Assembly (NCBI GenBank): GCA_030390025.1
Contig: JASTWF010000036.1
Span: 248,001-312,000, forward strand
Source of the DNA: Squalus acanthias
Lineage: Eukaryota
DNA length: 64,000 nt
Reading direction: 5' to 3'
Shown: piece by piece, positions 38,765 through 51,767 of the stretch
Layout: each line of letters starts with the position of its first letter
Position numbering within the stretch: position 1 is the first letter of the stretch
The notes under the pieces: model-generated
Seen by the model: the letters and a program-made list of their open reading frames with translations, nothing else
Database searches by the model: none
Told to the model about the DNA's origin: nothing
Made by a program: the position numbers and the translations under genes

Positions 38765-39915
38765 GAAATATGAGCTGGAGGAGGCCCTACGGCCCCTCGA
38801 GCCTGCTCCGCCATTCAATAAGATCATGGCTGATCATCGACCTCAACTCCATTTTCCCGCCCGATATTCATATCCCTCGATTCCCCTAGAGTCCAAAAAT
38901 CTCTCGATCGCAGCCTTGAATATACTCAATGACTGAGCCTCCACAGCCCTCTGGGGGAGAGAATTCCAAAGATTCACAACCCTCCGAATGAAGAAATTGC
39001 TCCTCATCTCAGTCCTAAATGGCCGACCCTTATCCTGAGACTGTGACCCCTGGTTCTAGACTCTCCAGCCAGGGGGAAACAGCCTCTCAGCATCTACCCT
39101 GTCAATCCCCCTTCAGAATCTTGTATGTTTCAATGAGATCGCCTCTCATTCTTCTAAACTCCAGAGAGTATCGGCCCATTCTACACAATCTCTCCTCATA
39201 GGACAGCCCTCTCATCCCAGGAATCAATCTGGTGAACCTTCGTTGCACTCCCTCTAAGGCAAGTATATCCTTCCTTAGATAAAGGAGACCAAAACTGTGC
39301 ACAGTGCTCCAGGTGTGGTCTCACCAAGGCCCTGTACAACTGCAGCAAGACATCCTTGCTCCTGTACTCGAATCCTCTCGCTATGAAGGCCAACATACAA
39401 TTTGCCTTCTTAACCGCCTGCTGCACCCACATGCTAGCTTTCTGTGTTTCTTGCACAAGGACACCCAAATCTCTCTGAACAGGATCCAAGATGACATCGG
39501 CAGTATTTTTTTTTTTTTTGAGTCTTTCGCAACAAGACCTTTTGAGAGATTGGAACAGGCAGCAGACCACACAAAGCTTAGAGGGCTTGACAGGGTAGAG
39601 GCTGTTTCTCCCCCCTGGCTGGGGAGTCTAGAACCAGGTCACAGTCTCCGGATAAGGGGTCGGCCATTTAGGACTGAGATGAGGAGGAATTTCTTCACTC
39701 AGAGGGTGGTGAATCTTGGGAATTCTCTACCCCAGAGGGCTGTGGAGGCTCAGTCATTGAGTATATTCAAGGCTGCGATCGATAGATTTTTGGATATTAA
39801 AGGAATCAAGGGATATGAGGATAGTTCAGGAAAGTGGAGTTGAGGTAGAAGATCAGCCATGATCTTATTGAATGGCGGAGCAGGCTCGAGGGGCCGAATG
39901 GCCTACTCCTACTTC
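38765..39915. mobile_element. CR1 fragments (minus 38765-39480, plus 39575-39915)
   Basis: RT C-terminal motifs and tails. Confidence 0.85.
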
Positions 39916-41499
39916 TTAGGTTCTTGAGGCTTGCGATTTGGGCATAACAAAATAAAATGGGTGCATACGGGACGAAGGGGGCCCGCGCAATAGAGTCCCT
40001 TTTGCCATACTCCACTTACATTGAAGCCCAAGGCAATCCAGAATTTACAGCACAGAAACAGGCCATTCAGCCCAACTGGTCCATGCTGGTGATTATGCTC
40101 CACACGAGCCTCCTCCAACAGGTTTACAGAAGGTTTAAGGGAGGGAATTCCAGAGCTCGGGGCCCAGGCGGCTGAAGGCACGGCCGCCAGTGGTGGAGCG
40201 ATGGAAATCGGGGGGGATGCGCAAGAGGCCCGAATTGGAGGAGCGCAGAGATTTCGGAGATTTGTAGGAGGCTGGAGCAGGTTACAGAGATAGGGAGGGT
40301 TGTAGGGGGCTGGAGGAGGTTACAGAGATAGGGAGGGTTGTAGGGGCTGGAGGAGGTTACAGAGATAGGGAGGGTTGTAGGGGGCTGGAGGAGGTTACAG
40401 AGATAGGGAGTGTTGTAGGGGGCTGGAGGAGGTTACAGAGATAGGGAGGGTTGTAGGGGGTTACAGAGATAGGGAGGGTTGTAGGGGGCTGGAGGAGGTT
40501 ACAGAGATGGGGAGGGTTGTAGGGGGCTGGAGGAGGTTACAGAGATAGGGAGTGTTGTAGGGGGCTGGAGGAGGTTACAGAGATAGGGAGGGTTGTAGGG
40601 GGTTACAGAGATAGGGAGGGTTGTAGGGGACTGGAGGAGGTTTCAGAGATAGGGAGGGTTGTAGGGGGCTGGAGGAGGTTACAGAGATAGGGAGGGTTGT
40701 AGGGGGCTGGAGGAGGTTACAGAGATAGGGAGGGTTGTAGGGGGCTGGAGGAGGTTACAGAGATAGGGAGGGTTGTAGGGGGCTGGAGGAGGTTACAGAG
40801 ATAGGGAGGGTTGTCGGGGGGGGGGGGGAGCGAGGTGGCCATGGAGGGATTTGAACACGAGGATGTGAACTTTTTAAAATTCGAGGCGTTGCCGGACCGG
40901 GAGCCATCGCACGTCAGCCAGCACAGGGTTGACGGGCGAGCGAGACTCGGTGCGTGTTGGGACAAAAAGTTAAACCCAACCCTGGGTCTCACTTTTCAGA
41001 TACAGCCTTAAAAGGAGGACGTCAGGCACAGTACATCATGAACTCCGCGGAGGAGGAAGTCAGATAGACAAAGTCAAAGGCAGAAAAGCAACTCAGAAAT
41101 AGGAGTAAAAAGCAGCTTTAAAAAAAAATTTTTTTTTAAATTCATTCATGGGATGTGGGCGTCGCTGGCAACGCCGCCATTTATTGGCCGTCCCCTAATC
41201 GCCGTTGGGAAGGTGGCAGTGAGGCCACCGCCTTGAACCGCTGCGGTCCGTGTGTGGTTACTTCTCTTACAGCCGGTGTGATACACCCCAAGTGGTTTGC
41301 TCGTCCCACTTCAGAGGGCAGTTAAGAGTCGACCGCTTTGGCGCCGGGCTGGAGTCACTTCTCAGGCCCAGACCAAGTAAGGTTTCCTTCACCTAAAGGG
41401 ACATCAGTGAACCAGTTGGGTTTTTAAACGACAATTCGATAAGCTTCATGCTCACCAGGAAACCAAGGGTAATGGGCGAAGGGTGCTGCTTTTTTTTTT

Positions 41500-42550
41500 A
41501 AGTGACTGGAAGGCTGTTTCCAGTGGGGTTCCGCAGGGCTCAGTACTGGGTTCATTGCTTTTTGCAGTAAACATCAATGATTTGGACTTGAATGCAGGAA
41601 GTATGATTAAGAAGTTTTGCAGATGATAACAAAAATTGCGCCGTGTGGTTGATAATGAGGAAGAAAGCTGCAGACGGCAGGAAGATATCAGTGGACTGGT
41701 CAGGTGGACTGGTCAGGTGGACAGGACAGTGGCAGAAGGAATTCAATCCAGAGAAGTGTGAGGTCTAATGCATTTGGGGAGGGCTAACAAGGCAAGGGAA
41801 TACACTATATAAATGGTAGGACACTGAGAAGTGCAGAGGATCAGAGGGACCTTGGAGTGCATGTGCACAGATCCCTGAAGGTAGCAGGACGGGTAGATAA
41901 GGCGGTTAAGAAGGCATACGGGATACTTGCTTTTATTAGCCGAGGAATAGAATATAAGAGCAGGGGAGGTTATGCTTGAACTGTATAAAACACTAGTTAG
42001 GCCGCAGCTGGAATACTGCGTGCAGTTCTGGTCACCGCATTACAGGAAGGATGTGATCGCACGAGAGGGGGTGTAGAGGAGATTTACCAGGATGTTGCCT
42101 GGGCTGGGGAATTTTAGCGATGAGGAAAGATTGGATAGGCTGGGGTTGTTTTCTTTGGAACAGAGGAGGCTGAGGGGAGATTTAATTGAGGTGTATAAAA
42201 TTATGAGGGGCCTAGATAGAGTGGACAGGAAGGACCTATTTCCCTTAGCAGAAGGGTCAATAACTATGGGGCATAGATTTAAAGTAATTGGTCGAAGGAT
42301 TGGAGGGGATTTGAGGAGAAATGTTATCACCCAGGAGGGTGGCGGGGGTCTGGAACTCACTGCCTGAAAGGGTGGTAGAGGCAGAAACCCTCATCACATT
42401 TAAAAAGTGCTTGGATATGCACTCGAAGTGTCGTAACCTACAGGGCTACGGACCAAGTGATGGAAAGCGGGGTTCGGCTGGGGATAGCTCTTTGTCGGCC
42501 GGCACGGACACAATGGGCCGAACAGCCTCCTTCTGTGCGATAGATTTCAC
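41500..42550 (+). mobile_element. Decayed CR1 RT/3' fragment
   Basis: GVPQGSVLG, KFADD and LEQRRLRGDLIEVYK coding remnants. Confidence 0.88.
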
Positions 42551-42559
42551 TATATGACT

Positions 42560-42596
42560 TCACCTGACGAAGGAGCAGCGCTCCGAAAGCTTGTGA
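42560..42596 (+). ncRNA. Minimal hammerhead ribozyme motif (family A)
   Basis: Identical motif to 2423-2459. Confidence 0.75.
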
Positions 42597-42811
42597 TTTC
42601 AAATAAAACTGTTGGACTATAACCTGGCGTTGTGCGACTTCTCGCATTTGTCCACATTTGCGTCGTTAAATAAATTTAAAACGGAGATAGACAGTTTCCT
42701 AGCTGATAAGGGAATTAAGGGTTATGGGGAGCGGGCAGGGAAGTGGACGTGAGTCTAGGTTCGGATCAGCCATGATCCTATTGAATGGCGGAGCAGGCCC
42801 GAGGGGCCATA

Positions 42812-43121
42812 TCACAGAATCCCCACAGTGCAGATAGAGGCCATTTCGGCCCATCGAGCCTGCACCGACACATATCCCACCCTATCCCCGTAACCCCACG
42901 TATTTAATCCCCCCTAACACTAAGGGTCAATTTTTAGCCAAATCAACCTAACCCGCACATCTTTGGACTGTGGGAGGAAACCGGAGCACCCGGAGGAAAC
43001 CCACGCAGACACGGGGAGAATGTGCAAACTCCACACAGACAGTCACCCGAGGCCGGATTCGAACCCGGGTCCCTGGTGCTGTGAGGTAACAGTGCTAACC
43101 ACTATGCCACCGTGTTGCCCC
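42812..43121 (-). mobile_element. HE1/V-type SINE
   Basis: Near-identical to 37687-37997. Confidence 0.87.
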
Positions 43122-43950
43122 TACATAGGGCCTACTCCTGCTCCTACTTCTTATGTTATGTTCACCCCAGTCCAACACCGGCATCTCCACATCATAGATT
43201 TCTATGAGTCTATGATTCCTGATTCCAATTTAATTGCTCATACGAATTAGAATTCAGTTAATTGAAAGGGGCCGTGGTGGGATCTGAAATCTCATTCTCT
43301 GGATTATTAGCCCAGGCCTCACTAGTCCAGTAAGATAACGGCTATGCTGCCCTACCCGGGAAGCTATTGAGCTATTTAGCAGCTGTTGAACTGAACGACG
43401 CAAGTAACGTAAACACACACCAGTCAACTTGAATTTAAATCTTGCCTTCAACGCAGATAGATGGCCCAAGGCATGTGACAGAGACAGACAGAGATTGACA
43501 GCGAGCGTCTGTGGGAGAGTGCCCCAAGGCTGGGTTGAAGAGATGGGTTTTAAGGCGGTTTTTTAAAAAGATAGAAGCAGAGAGCTGAAGGGATTTAAGG
43601 AGGGAGAGCGAGATCATTGCATCGAATTTCACAGCACAGAAACCGGCCATTCGGCTAAACTGGTCCGTGCCGGGTGTAATGCTCTCCCCGCCTACAACCC
43701 TCCCTCTCTCTGTACCTCCTCCAGCCCCCGAAACCCACCCACTCTCTGTACCTCCACCAGCCCAACAACCCTCCAATCTCTGAAACTCCTCCCAGCCCCT
43801 AACAACCCTCCCTATCTCTGTAACCTCCTCCCGCCCCGACAACCCTCCCTATCTCTGTAACCTCCTCCAGCCCCTAACAACCCACCCTATTCTGTAACCT
43901 CCTCCAGCCCCTCCAACCCTCCTATCTCAGTCCCTCTCAGCCCCTACTCC

Positions 43951-45065
43951 AGGGGGCTGGAGGAGGTTACAGAGATAGGAGGGTTGTAGGGGCTGGAGGA
44001 GGTTACAGAGATAGGGAGGCTTGTAGGGGGCTTGGAGGAGGTTCACAGAGATAGGGAGGGTTGTAGGGGGCTGGAGGAGGGCTACAGAGATAGGGAGGGT
44101 TGTAGGGGCTGGAGGAGGTTACAGAGATAGGAGGGTTGTAGGGGCTGGAGGAGGTTACAGAGATAGGGAGGCTTGTAGGGGGCTGGAGGAGGTTACAGAG
44201 ATAGGGAGGGTTGTAGGGGCTGGAGGTGGTTACAGAGATAGGGAGGGTTGTAGGGGCTGGAGGAGGTTACAGAGATAGGGAGGGTTGTAGGGGCTGGAGG
44301 AGGTTACAGAGATAGGGAGGGTTGTAGGGGCTGGAGGAGGTTACAGAGATAGGGAGGGTTGTAGGGGCTGGAGGAGGTTACAGAGATAGGGAGGCTTGTA
44401 GGGGGCTGGAGGAGGTTACAGAGATAGGGAGGGTTGTAGGGGGCTGGAGGAGGCTACAGAGATAGGGAGGGTTGTAGGGGGCTGGAGGAGGTTACAGAGA
44501 TAGGGAGGGTTGTAGGGGCTGGAGGAGGTTACAGAGATAGGGAGGCTTGTAGGGGGCTGGAGGAGGTTACAGAGATAGGGAGGGTTGTAGGGGCTGGAGG
44601 AGGTTACAGAGATAGGGAGGGTTGTAGGGGCTGGAGGTGGTTACAGAGATAGGGAGGGTTGTAGGGGCTGGAGGAGGTTACAGAGATAGGGAGGGTTGTA
44701 GGGGCTGGAGGAGGTTACAGAGATAGGGAGGGTTGTAGGGGCTGGAGGAGGTTAGAGAGATAGGGAGGGGGCGAGGAGGCCACGGAGGGATTTGGGAAAA
44801 AAGGTTGAGATTTTTAAAAATCGAGGCGTTGCTTAACCGGGAGACAAAGGAGGTCAGCGAGCACAGGGGTGATGGGTGAACGGGACTCGGTGCGAATTAG
44901 GACACGGGCAGCCTAGTTTTGGACGAGCTGATGTTTACGGACAGTGGAAGGTGGGAGGCCGGCCAGGAGAGTGTTGGAATAGTCGAGTCTGGAGGTAAAT
45001 AAGGGCACGGATGAGAGTTTCAGCAGCAGTTGAGCTGAGGCAGGGGCGGAGATGCAGGAGGTGTG
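43951..45065 (-). mobile_element. L2-like LINE fragment with a 38-bp array (related 3' parts at 14445, 23255, 25130, 28670, 40130, 54330, 56385)
   Basis: TSRLDYSNTLLAGLP remnant typical of the L2 clade; shared IGGRAFS/PELWNSLP segment in the other copies. Confidence 0.78.
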
Positions 45066-45196
45066 TTTCAGTGGCACAAAAGGAAGGGGGGGGGGGGGGG
45101 GGGGAGAGAGAGAGAGAGAGAAAGAGGAAAGGGGCGAAATAGGGACAGAAAAAAGAGTGTGGAACCAGACAATACCGATTGCAGTAGGAGTGATTA

Positions 45197-47010
45197 TAAG
45201 AACATAAGAACATAAGAAATAGGAGCAGGAGTAGGCCAAGCGGCCCCTCAAGCCTGCTCCGCCATTCAATAAGATCATGGCTGATCTGATCCTCACCTCA
45301 AATCTAAAGAACACAAGAAGTAGGAGCAGGACCCGGCCACTCAGCCCCTGGGCCCGCTCCGCCACCCACAGGGCCTCGACCGATCCGAACTCAGCCTCAT
45401 GTCCAATTTCCTGCCCGCTCCCCGTAACCCCTAATTCCCTTTACTTCTAGGAAACTGTCTATTTCTGTTTTAAATTTATGTGATGATGTAGCTTCCACAG
45501 CTTCCTGGGGCAGCAAATTCCACAGACCTACTACCCTCTGAGTGAAGAAGTTTCTCCTCATCTCAGTTTTGAAAGAGCAGCCCCTTATTCTAAGATTATG
45601 CCCCCTAGTTCTAGTTTCACCCATCCTTGGGAACATCCTTACCGCATCCACCCGATCAAGCCCCTTCACAATCTTATATGTTTCAATAAGATCGCCTCTC
45701 ATTCTTCTGAACTCCAATGAGTAGAGTCCCAATCTACTCAACCTCTCCTCATATGTCCACCCCCTCATCCCGGGGATTAACCGAGTGAACCTTCTTTGTA
45801 CTGCCTCGAGAGCAAGTATGTCTTTTCTTAAGTATGGACACCAAAACTGTATGCAGTATTCCAGATGCGGTCTCACCAATACCTTATATAACTGCAGCAA
45901 TACCTCCCTGTTTTTATAATCTATCCCCCTAGCAATAAAAGCCAACATTCCGTTGGCCTTCTTGATCACCTGCTGCACCTGCATACTAACTTTTTGATTT
46001 TCTTGCACTAGGACCCCCAGATCCCTTTGTACTGCAGTACTTTCCAGTTTCTCGCCATTAAGATAATAACTTGCTCTCTGATTTTTCCTGCCAAAGTGCA
46101 TAACCTCACATTTTCCAATATTGTATTGCATCTGCCAAATCTCTGCCCACTCACCCAGCTTGTCTATATCCCCTTGTAGGTTTTTTATGTCCTCCTCACT
46201 TTCTACTTTCCCTCCCATCTTTGTATCATCTGCAAACTTTGATATGTTACACTCGGTCCCCTCCTCCAAATCGTTAATATAGATTGTAAAGAGTTGGGGA
46301 CCCAGCACCGACCCCTGCGGAACACCACTGGCTACTGGTTGCCAGTCCGAGAATGAACCATTTATCCCAACTCTCTGCTTCCTGTTGGATAACCAATCCT
46401 CCACCCATGCCAGAATATTCCCCCCAATCCAGTGATTTTTTATCTTGAGCAATAATCTTTTATGTGGCACCTTGTCGAATGCCTTCTGGAAGTCTAAATA
46501 CACTACGTCCATTGGTTCCCCTTTATCCACCCTGTACGTTATGTCCTCAAAGAACTCAAGCAAATTTGTCAGACATGATTTCCCCTTCATAAAGCCATGC
46601 TGACTTTGTCCTATCAAATTATGTTTATCTAAATGTTCCGTTACTGTCTCCTTAATAATAGACTCCAAAATTTTACCCACCACAGATGTTAGACTAACTG
46701 GTCTATAATTTCCAGCTTTCTGCCTACTACCCTTTTTAAATAAGGGTGTTACATTAGCAGTTTTCCGATCTGCTGGGACCTTTGCTGATTCCAGAGAATT
46801 TTGGAAAATTATTACCAAAGCATCCACAATCCCTATTGCCACTTCCCTCAAGACCCTAGGATGTAAGCCATCAGGTCCAGGGGATTTATCCGCCTTGAGT
46901 CCCATTATTTTACTGAGTACCAATTCCTTAGTGATTTTAATCGTATTTAGCTCCTCCCCCCCTAGAGCCCCCCGTTTGTCCAGTGTTGGGATATTCTTAG
47001 TGTCCAGTAG
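45197..47010 (-). mobile_element. 5'-truncated CR1 LINE with uninterrupted RT domain
   Basis: 540-aa ORF with KSPGPDG, NYRPVSLTS, YLDFQKAFD, GVPQGSVLGP, KFADD and LVRPHLEYC motifs; CR1 3' tail. Confidence 0.95.
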
Positions 47011-47034
47011 CACTTTCAAAGAACCGGCATAGGG

Positions 47035-47990
47035 TCACAGAAACAGGAGGAGGCCATTCAGCCCCTCGAGCCTGTTACATTAGGAACAGGAGGAGGCCAT
47101 TCAGCCCCTCGAGCATGTTACATTAGGAACAGGAGGAGGCCATTCAGCCCCTCGAGCATGTTACATTAGGAACAGGAGGAGGCCATTCAGCCCCCCTCGA
47201 GCCTGATACATTAGAAACAGGAGGAGGCCATTCAGCCCCCCTCGAGCCTGATACATTAGGAACAGGAGGCGGTCATTCAGCCCCCCTCGAGCATGTTACA
47301 TTAGGAACAGGAGGCGGTCATTCAGCCCCCCTCGAGCCTGTTACATTAGGAACAGGAGGCGGTCATTCAGCCCCCCTCGAGCCTGTTACATTAGGAACAG
47401 GAGGAGGCCATTCAGCCCCCCTCGAGCCTGTTCCCCCATTCAATGCGATCATGGGCTGATCTGTGACCTAACTCCATCTACCCGCCTTTGCCCCGTATCC
47501 CTCAATACCTTTGGTTAACAGAAATCTATCAATCTCAGATTTAAAATTAACAATTGATCCCCAGCATCAATTGCTGTTTGTGGAAGAGAGTTCAAAACTT
47601 CTACCACCCTTTGTGTGTAGAAGTGTTTCCTAACTTCACTCCTGAAAGGTCTGGCTCTAATTTTTAGACTAAGCCCCCTAGTCCCAGACTCCCCAACCAG
47701 CAGAAATAGTTTCTCTCTCTCTACCCCATCAGTTCCCCCTTAATATCTTGAAAACTTTGATCAGGTCACCCCTTAACCTTCTAAATTCCAGGGAATACAA
47801 CCCTAGTTTGTGTAATCTCTCCTCGTAACTTACACCCTTGGAGTCTGGGTATCGTTCTGGTGAACCTACGCTGCACTCCCTCCAAGGCCAATATATCCTT
47901 CCTAAGGTGTGGTGCCCAGAACTGCTCACAGTGCTCCAGGTGCGGTCTAACCAGGGCTTTGTATAGCTGCAGCATAACTTCTAGCCCCTT
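47035..47990 (-). mobile_element. CR1 3' fragment with a tandemly amplified tail
   Basis: ORFs 47729..47929 and 47781..48092. Confidence 0.87.
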
Positions 47991-49214
47991 GAATGAAGCC
48001 AAACATCTTTGCAGAAATATGAAAAAACATAGCTCTCTCCGGTTAATGCCTTCAACCCCATCAGCATCTGATCCTGCCATGTGTGACAGCATGATCTGAA
48101 GATCGTGTGCAGGAAATGCTGTGGCTGCAATTTCTTTTCAAGCGCGTTTGTCAGCTTCCGAGTTGAAAGTATTTTAGACTGTTGCACAGAAGCAAGCTCT
48201 GGATTTTTTTCTCTTTTCTTTTCACTCTTGCTGTTGTATAATATTTGGCTTAGCCTGACCAGAAGTGATGCGCTGTGCAGCATTTAAAATCTCTCACAGC
48301 GCAGGAGGAGGCCATTCGGCCCATCGTGCCTGTGCCGGCTCTTTGAACGAGCTCTCCAATTAGTCCCGCTCTCCCCCTGCTCTTTCCCCCGTAGCCCTGT
48401 GAATTTTTTCCCCTCATGTATTTATCCAATTCCCCTTTTGAAAGTTCCTATTGAATCTGCTTCCACCGCCCTTTCAGGCAGCGCATTCCAGATCACAACA
48501 ACTCGCTGCGTTAAAAACATTTCTCCTCATCTCCCCCTCTGGTTCTTTTGCCGATTATCTTCAATCTGTGTCCTCTGGTCACCGACCCTCCTGCCACTGG
48601 AAACAGTTTCTCCCTCTCTACTCGATCAAAAACCCCTCGTAATTTTGAACACCTCTATAAATCTGTGTCAGCTGTGGCTCAGTGGGTAGCACACTCGCCT
48701 CTGAGTCAGAAGGTTGTGGGTTCAAGCCCCACTCCAGGGACTTGAGCACATGAAGCTAGGTTGACACTCCAGTGAGCTTCACTGCGACAGTAAGTGCAAC
48801 TAAACGGGAGAAAACCGTGAGGATTTGTCGCTTGGAAAAAAAAAACTGCCTCATTTAACTTCAGAGGTAATAAGGTTAAAAATACACGAGGTGGGGTTTA
48901 CAAAAAGGACATTTCACAATCGTTACGCAAACACTTTCTTAGTCACCAAAAACAAAACAATTCTGTATCCTGGCACAGCTGGTCTTTCAGAATAGCATCA
49001 AAAAAAAAGCACACGAGACACAACTATGAGTCAATAGCTGATGACCAAGACTGACCTGGACCAACTTTGCGCAATTCAGAACTAACCTGAGGCGCAGGCT
49101 TTCAGTGAGCAATTGGCTGCAAGAGTTATGCCGGCACAGATCAACAACAGGTGAATGCTTGACCGAGAGAGCGGAGTCGCTGTGGAATTCACTTCTAGTG
49201 TTAATACTTTTTAA

Positions 49215-50640
49215 ACGTCGAATTTCACAGCACAGAAACAGGCCATTCGGCCCAACCACTCCGTGCCGGTGTTTGTGCTCCACACGAGCCTCCTCCCATC
49301 CTTCCTCATCTCACCATATCCTTCTATTCCTTTCTCCCTCGTGTGTTCATCCAGCTTCACCTTAAATCGCATCTATACTATTCGCCTCCACCACTCCCTG
49401 TGGTAGCGAGTTCCACATTCTCACCACTCTCTGGGTAAAGAAGTTTCTCCTGAATTCCCCATTGGATTTCTTGGTGACTATCTTATATTGATGGACTCGA
49501 GTTATGCTCTTCCCCACAAGTGGAAACATTCTCTGTGTCCACTCTATCAAAACCATTCATAATTTTAAATACCTCTATTAGGTCACCCCTCAGCATTCTC
49601 TTTTCAAGAGAAACATTGCCCCAGCCTCTTCATCCTTTAATAGTTATAGCCTCTCAGTCTGGTATCATCCTTGTAAATCATTTTTGCACCTTCTCCAGTG
49701 CCTCTCTATCCTTTTTAGAATACGGAGACCAGAACCGTGCACAGTGCTCCAAGTGCGGTCTAACCAAGGTATACGGAGACCAGAACCGTGCACAGTGCTC
49801 AAAGTGCGGTCTAACCAAGGTATACGGAGACCAGAACCGTGCACAGTGCTCCAAGTGCGGTCTAACCAAGGTATACGGAGACCAGAACCGTGCACAGTGC
49901 TCCAAGTGCGGTCTAACCAAGGTATATGGAGACCAGAACTGTGCACAGTGCTCCAAGTGTGGTCTAACCAAGGTATACGGAGACCAGAACTGTGCACAGT
50001 GCTCCAAGTGTGGTCTAACCAGGGTATATGGAGACCAGAACTGTGCACGGTGCTCCAAGTGTGATCTAACCAAGGTATATGGAGACCAGAACTGTGCACG
50101 GTGCTCCAAGTGTGATCTAACCAAGGTATATGGAGACCAGAACTGTGCACAGTGCTCCAAGTGTGGTCTAACCAAGGTATACGGAGACCAGAACTGTGCA
50201 CAGTGCTCCAAGTGTGGTCTAACCAGGGTATACGGAGACCAGAACTGTGCACGGTGCTCCAAGTGTGGTCTGACCAAGGTATACGGAGACCAGAACTGTG
50301 CACAGTGCTCCAAGTGTGGTCTGACCAAGGTATACGGAGACCAGAACTGTGCACGGTGCTCCAAGTGTGATCTAACCAAGGTATATGGAGACCAGAACTG
50401 TGCACAGTGCTCCAAGTGTGGTCTAACCAGGGTATACGGAGACCAGAACTGTGCACGGTGCTCCAAGTGTGGTCTGACCAAGGTATACGGAGACCAGAAC
50501 TGTGCACGGTGCTCCAAGTGTGGTCTAACCAGGGTATACGGAGACCAGAACTGTGCACAGTGCTCCAAGTGTGGTCTGACCTAGGTTCCATACAAGTTTA
50601 GCATAACCTCTATATTCTATCCCTCTAGAAATAAACCCCA
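49215..50640 (-). mobile_element. CR1 fragment carrying a 51-bp array
   Basis: FFTQRVVRMWNSLPQG and repeated LVRPHLEHCAQFWSPY. Confidence 0.87.
49724..50586. repeat. 51-bp minisatellite, about 17 copies
   Basis: Same unit as 3436-3738. Confidence 0.97.
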
Positions 50641-51083
50641 GTGCTCGAGGCAGAAGCTGTGTCAAGATTCAAAAATGAGATTGGATGGGTGGATGAAGGA
50701 AAATGGGGTGAAGGGATTTGGGAACAGGGTGGGTAAATGCGACTGGGACTAACTGCTCTGGGGAGAGTAAACGCCGACTGACTCATTGGGCCGAATGGCC
50801 TGTTTCAGTGTTGTAACATTTTTATAAAGAAAACAAATCGCCTTTCACAATTTCCCGATGTCCCAAAGCACTTTACAGCCAATGAAGTACTTCTGAAGAG
50901 TAGTCACTGTTGTAATGTAGGAAACGCGGCAGCCAATTTGCGCACAGCAAGCTCCCACAAACAGCAATGTGTTAATGACTAGATCATCTGTTTTAGTGAT
51001 GTTGGTTGAGGGATAAATATTGGCCCCAGGACACCGGGGAGAACTTCCCCCCCGCCCCCTGCTGGCCGTGGGATCTTTTAACG

Positions 51084-51767
51084 TACTGAAAGCAAACATG
51101 CAGGTGCAGCAAGCAGTTCGGAAGGCAAATGGTATGTCGGCCTTCATTGCAAGAGGATTTGAGTACAGGAGCAAGGATGTCTTACTACAGTTATATAGGG
51201 CCTTGGTGAGACCACACCTGGAGTACTGTGTGCAGTTTTGGTCTCCTTACCTAAGAAAGGATATACTTGCCATAGAGGGAGTGCAGCGAAGGTTCACCAG
51301 ACTGATTCCTGGGATGGCAGGACTGTCGTATGAGGAGAGATTGGGTCTACTAGGCCTGTATTCACTAGAGTTTAGAAGAATGAGAGGGGATCTCATTGAA
51401 ACGTATAAAATTCTGACAGGGCTAGACAGACTGGATGCAGGGAGGATGTTTCCCCTGGCTGGAGGGTGTCTAGAACGAGGGGTCACAGTCTCAGGATACC
51501 GGGTAGGACATTTAGGACTGAGATGAGGAGAAATGTCTTCACTCAGAGGGTGGTGAACCTGTGGAATTCTCTACCACAGAAGGCTGTGGAGGCCAAGTCA
51601 CTGAATATATTCAAGAAGGAGATAGATAGATTTCTAGACACAAAAGGCATCAAGGGGTATGGGGAGAGAGCGGGAATATGGTATTGAGATAGAGGATCAG
51701 CCATGATCATATTGAATGGCGAAGCAGGCTCGAAGGGCCGACTCCTGCTCCTATTTTTCTATGTTTC
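51084..51767 (+). mobile_element. Young CR1 3' fragment
   Basis: ORFs 51020..51526 and 51466..51687. Confidence 0.9.

Noticed and set aside
45397..47019. Host gene or autonomous element from the 540-aa RT ORF
   Set aside because: 5'-truncated CR1 lacking the endonuclease domain, ORF1 and a promoter
49520..50591. Cys-rich repeat protein (YGDQNCAQCSKCGLTKV)n
   Set aside because: Antisense reading of a 51-bp CR1-derived tandem repeat; open only because the unit length is a multiple of 3
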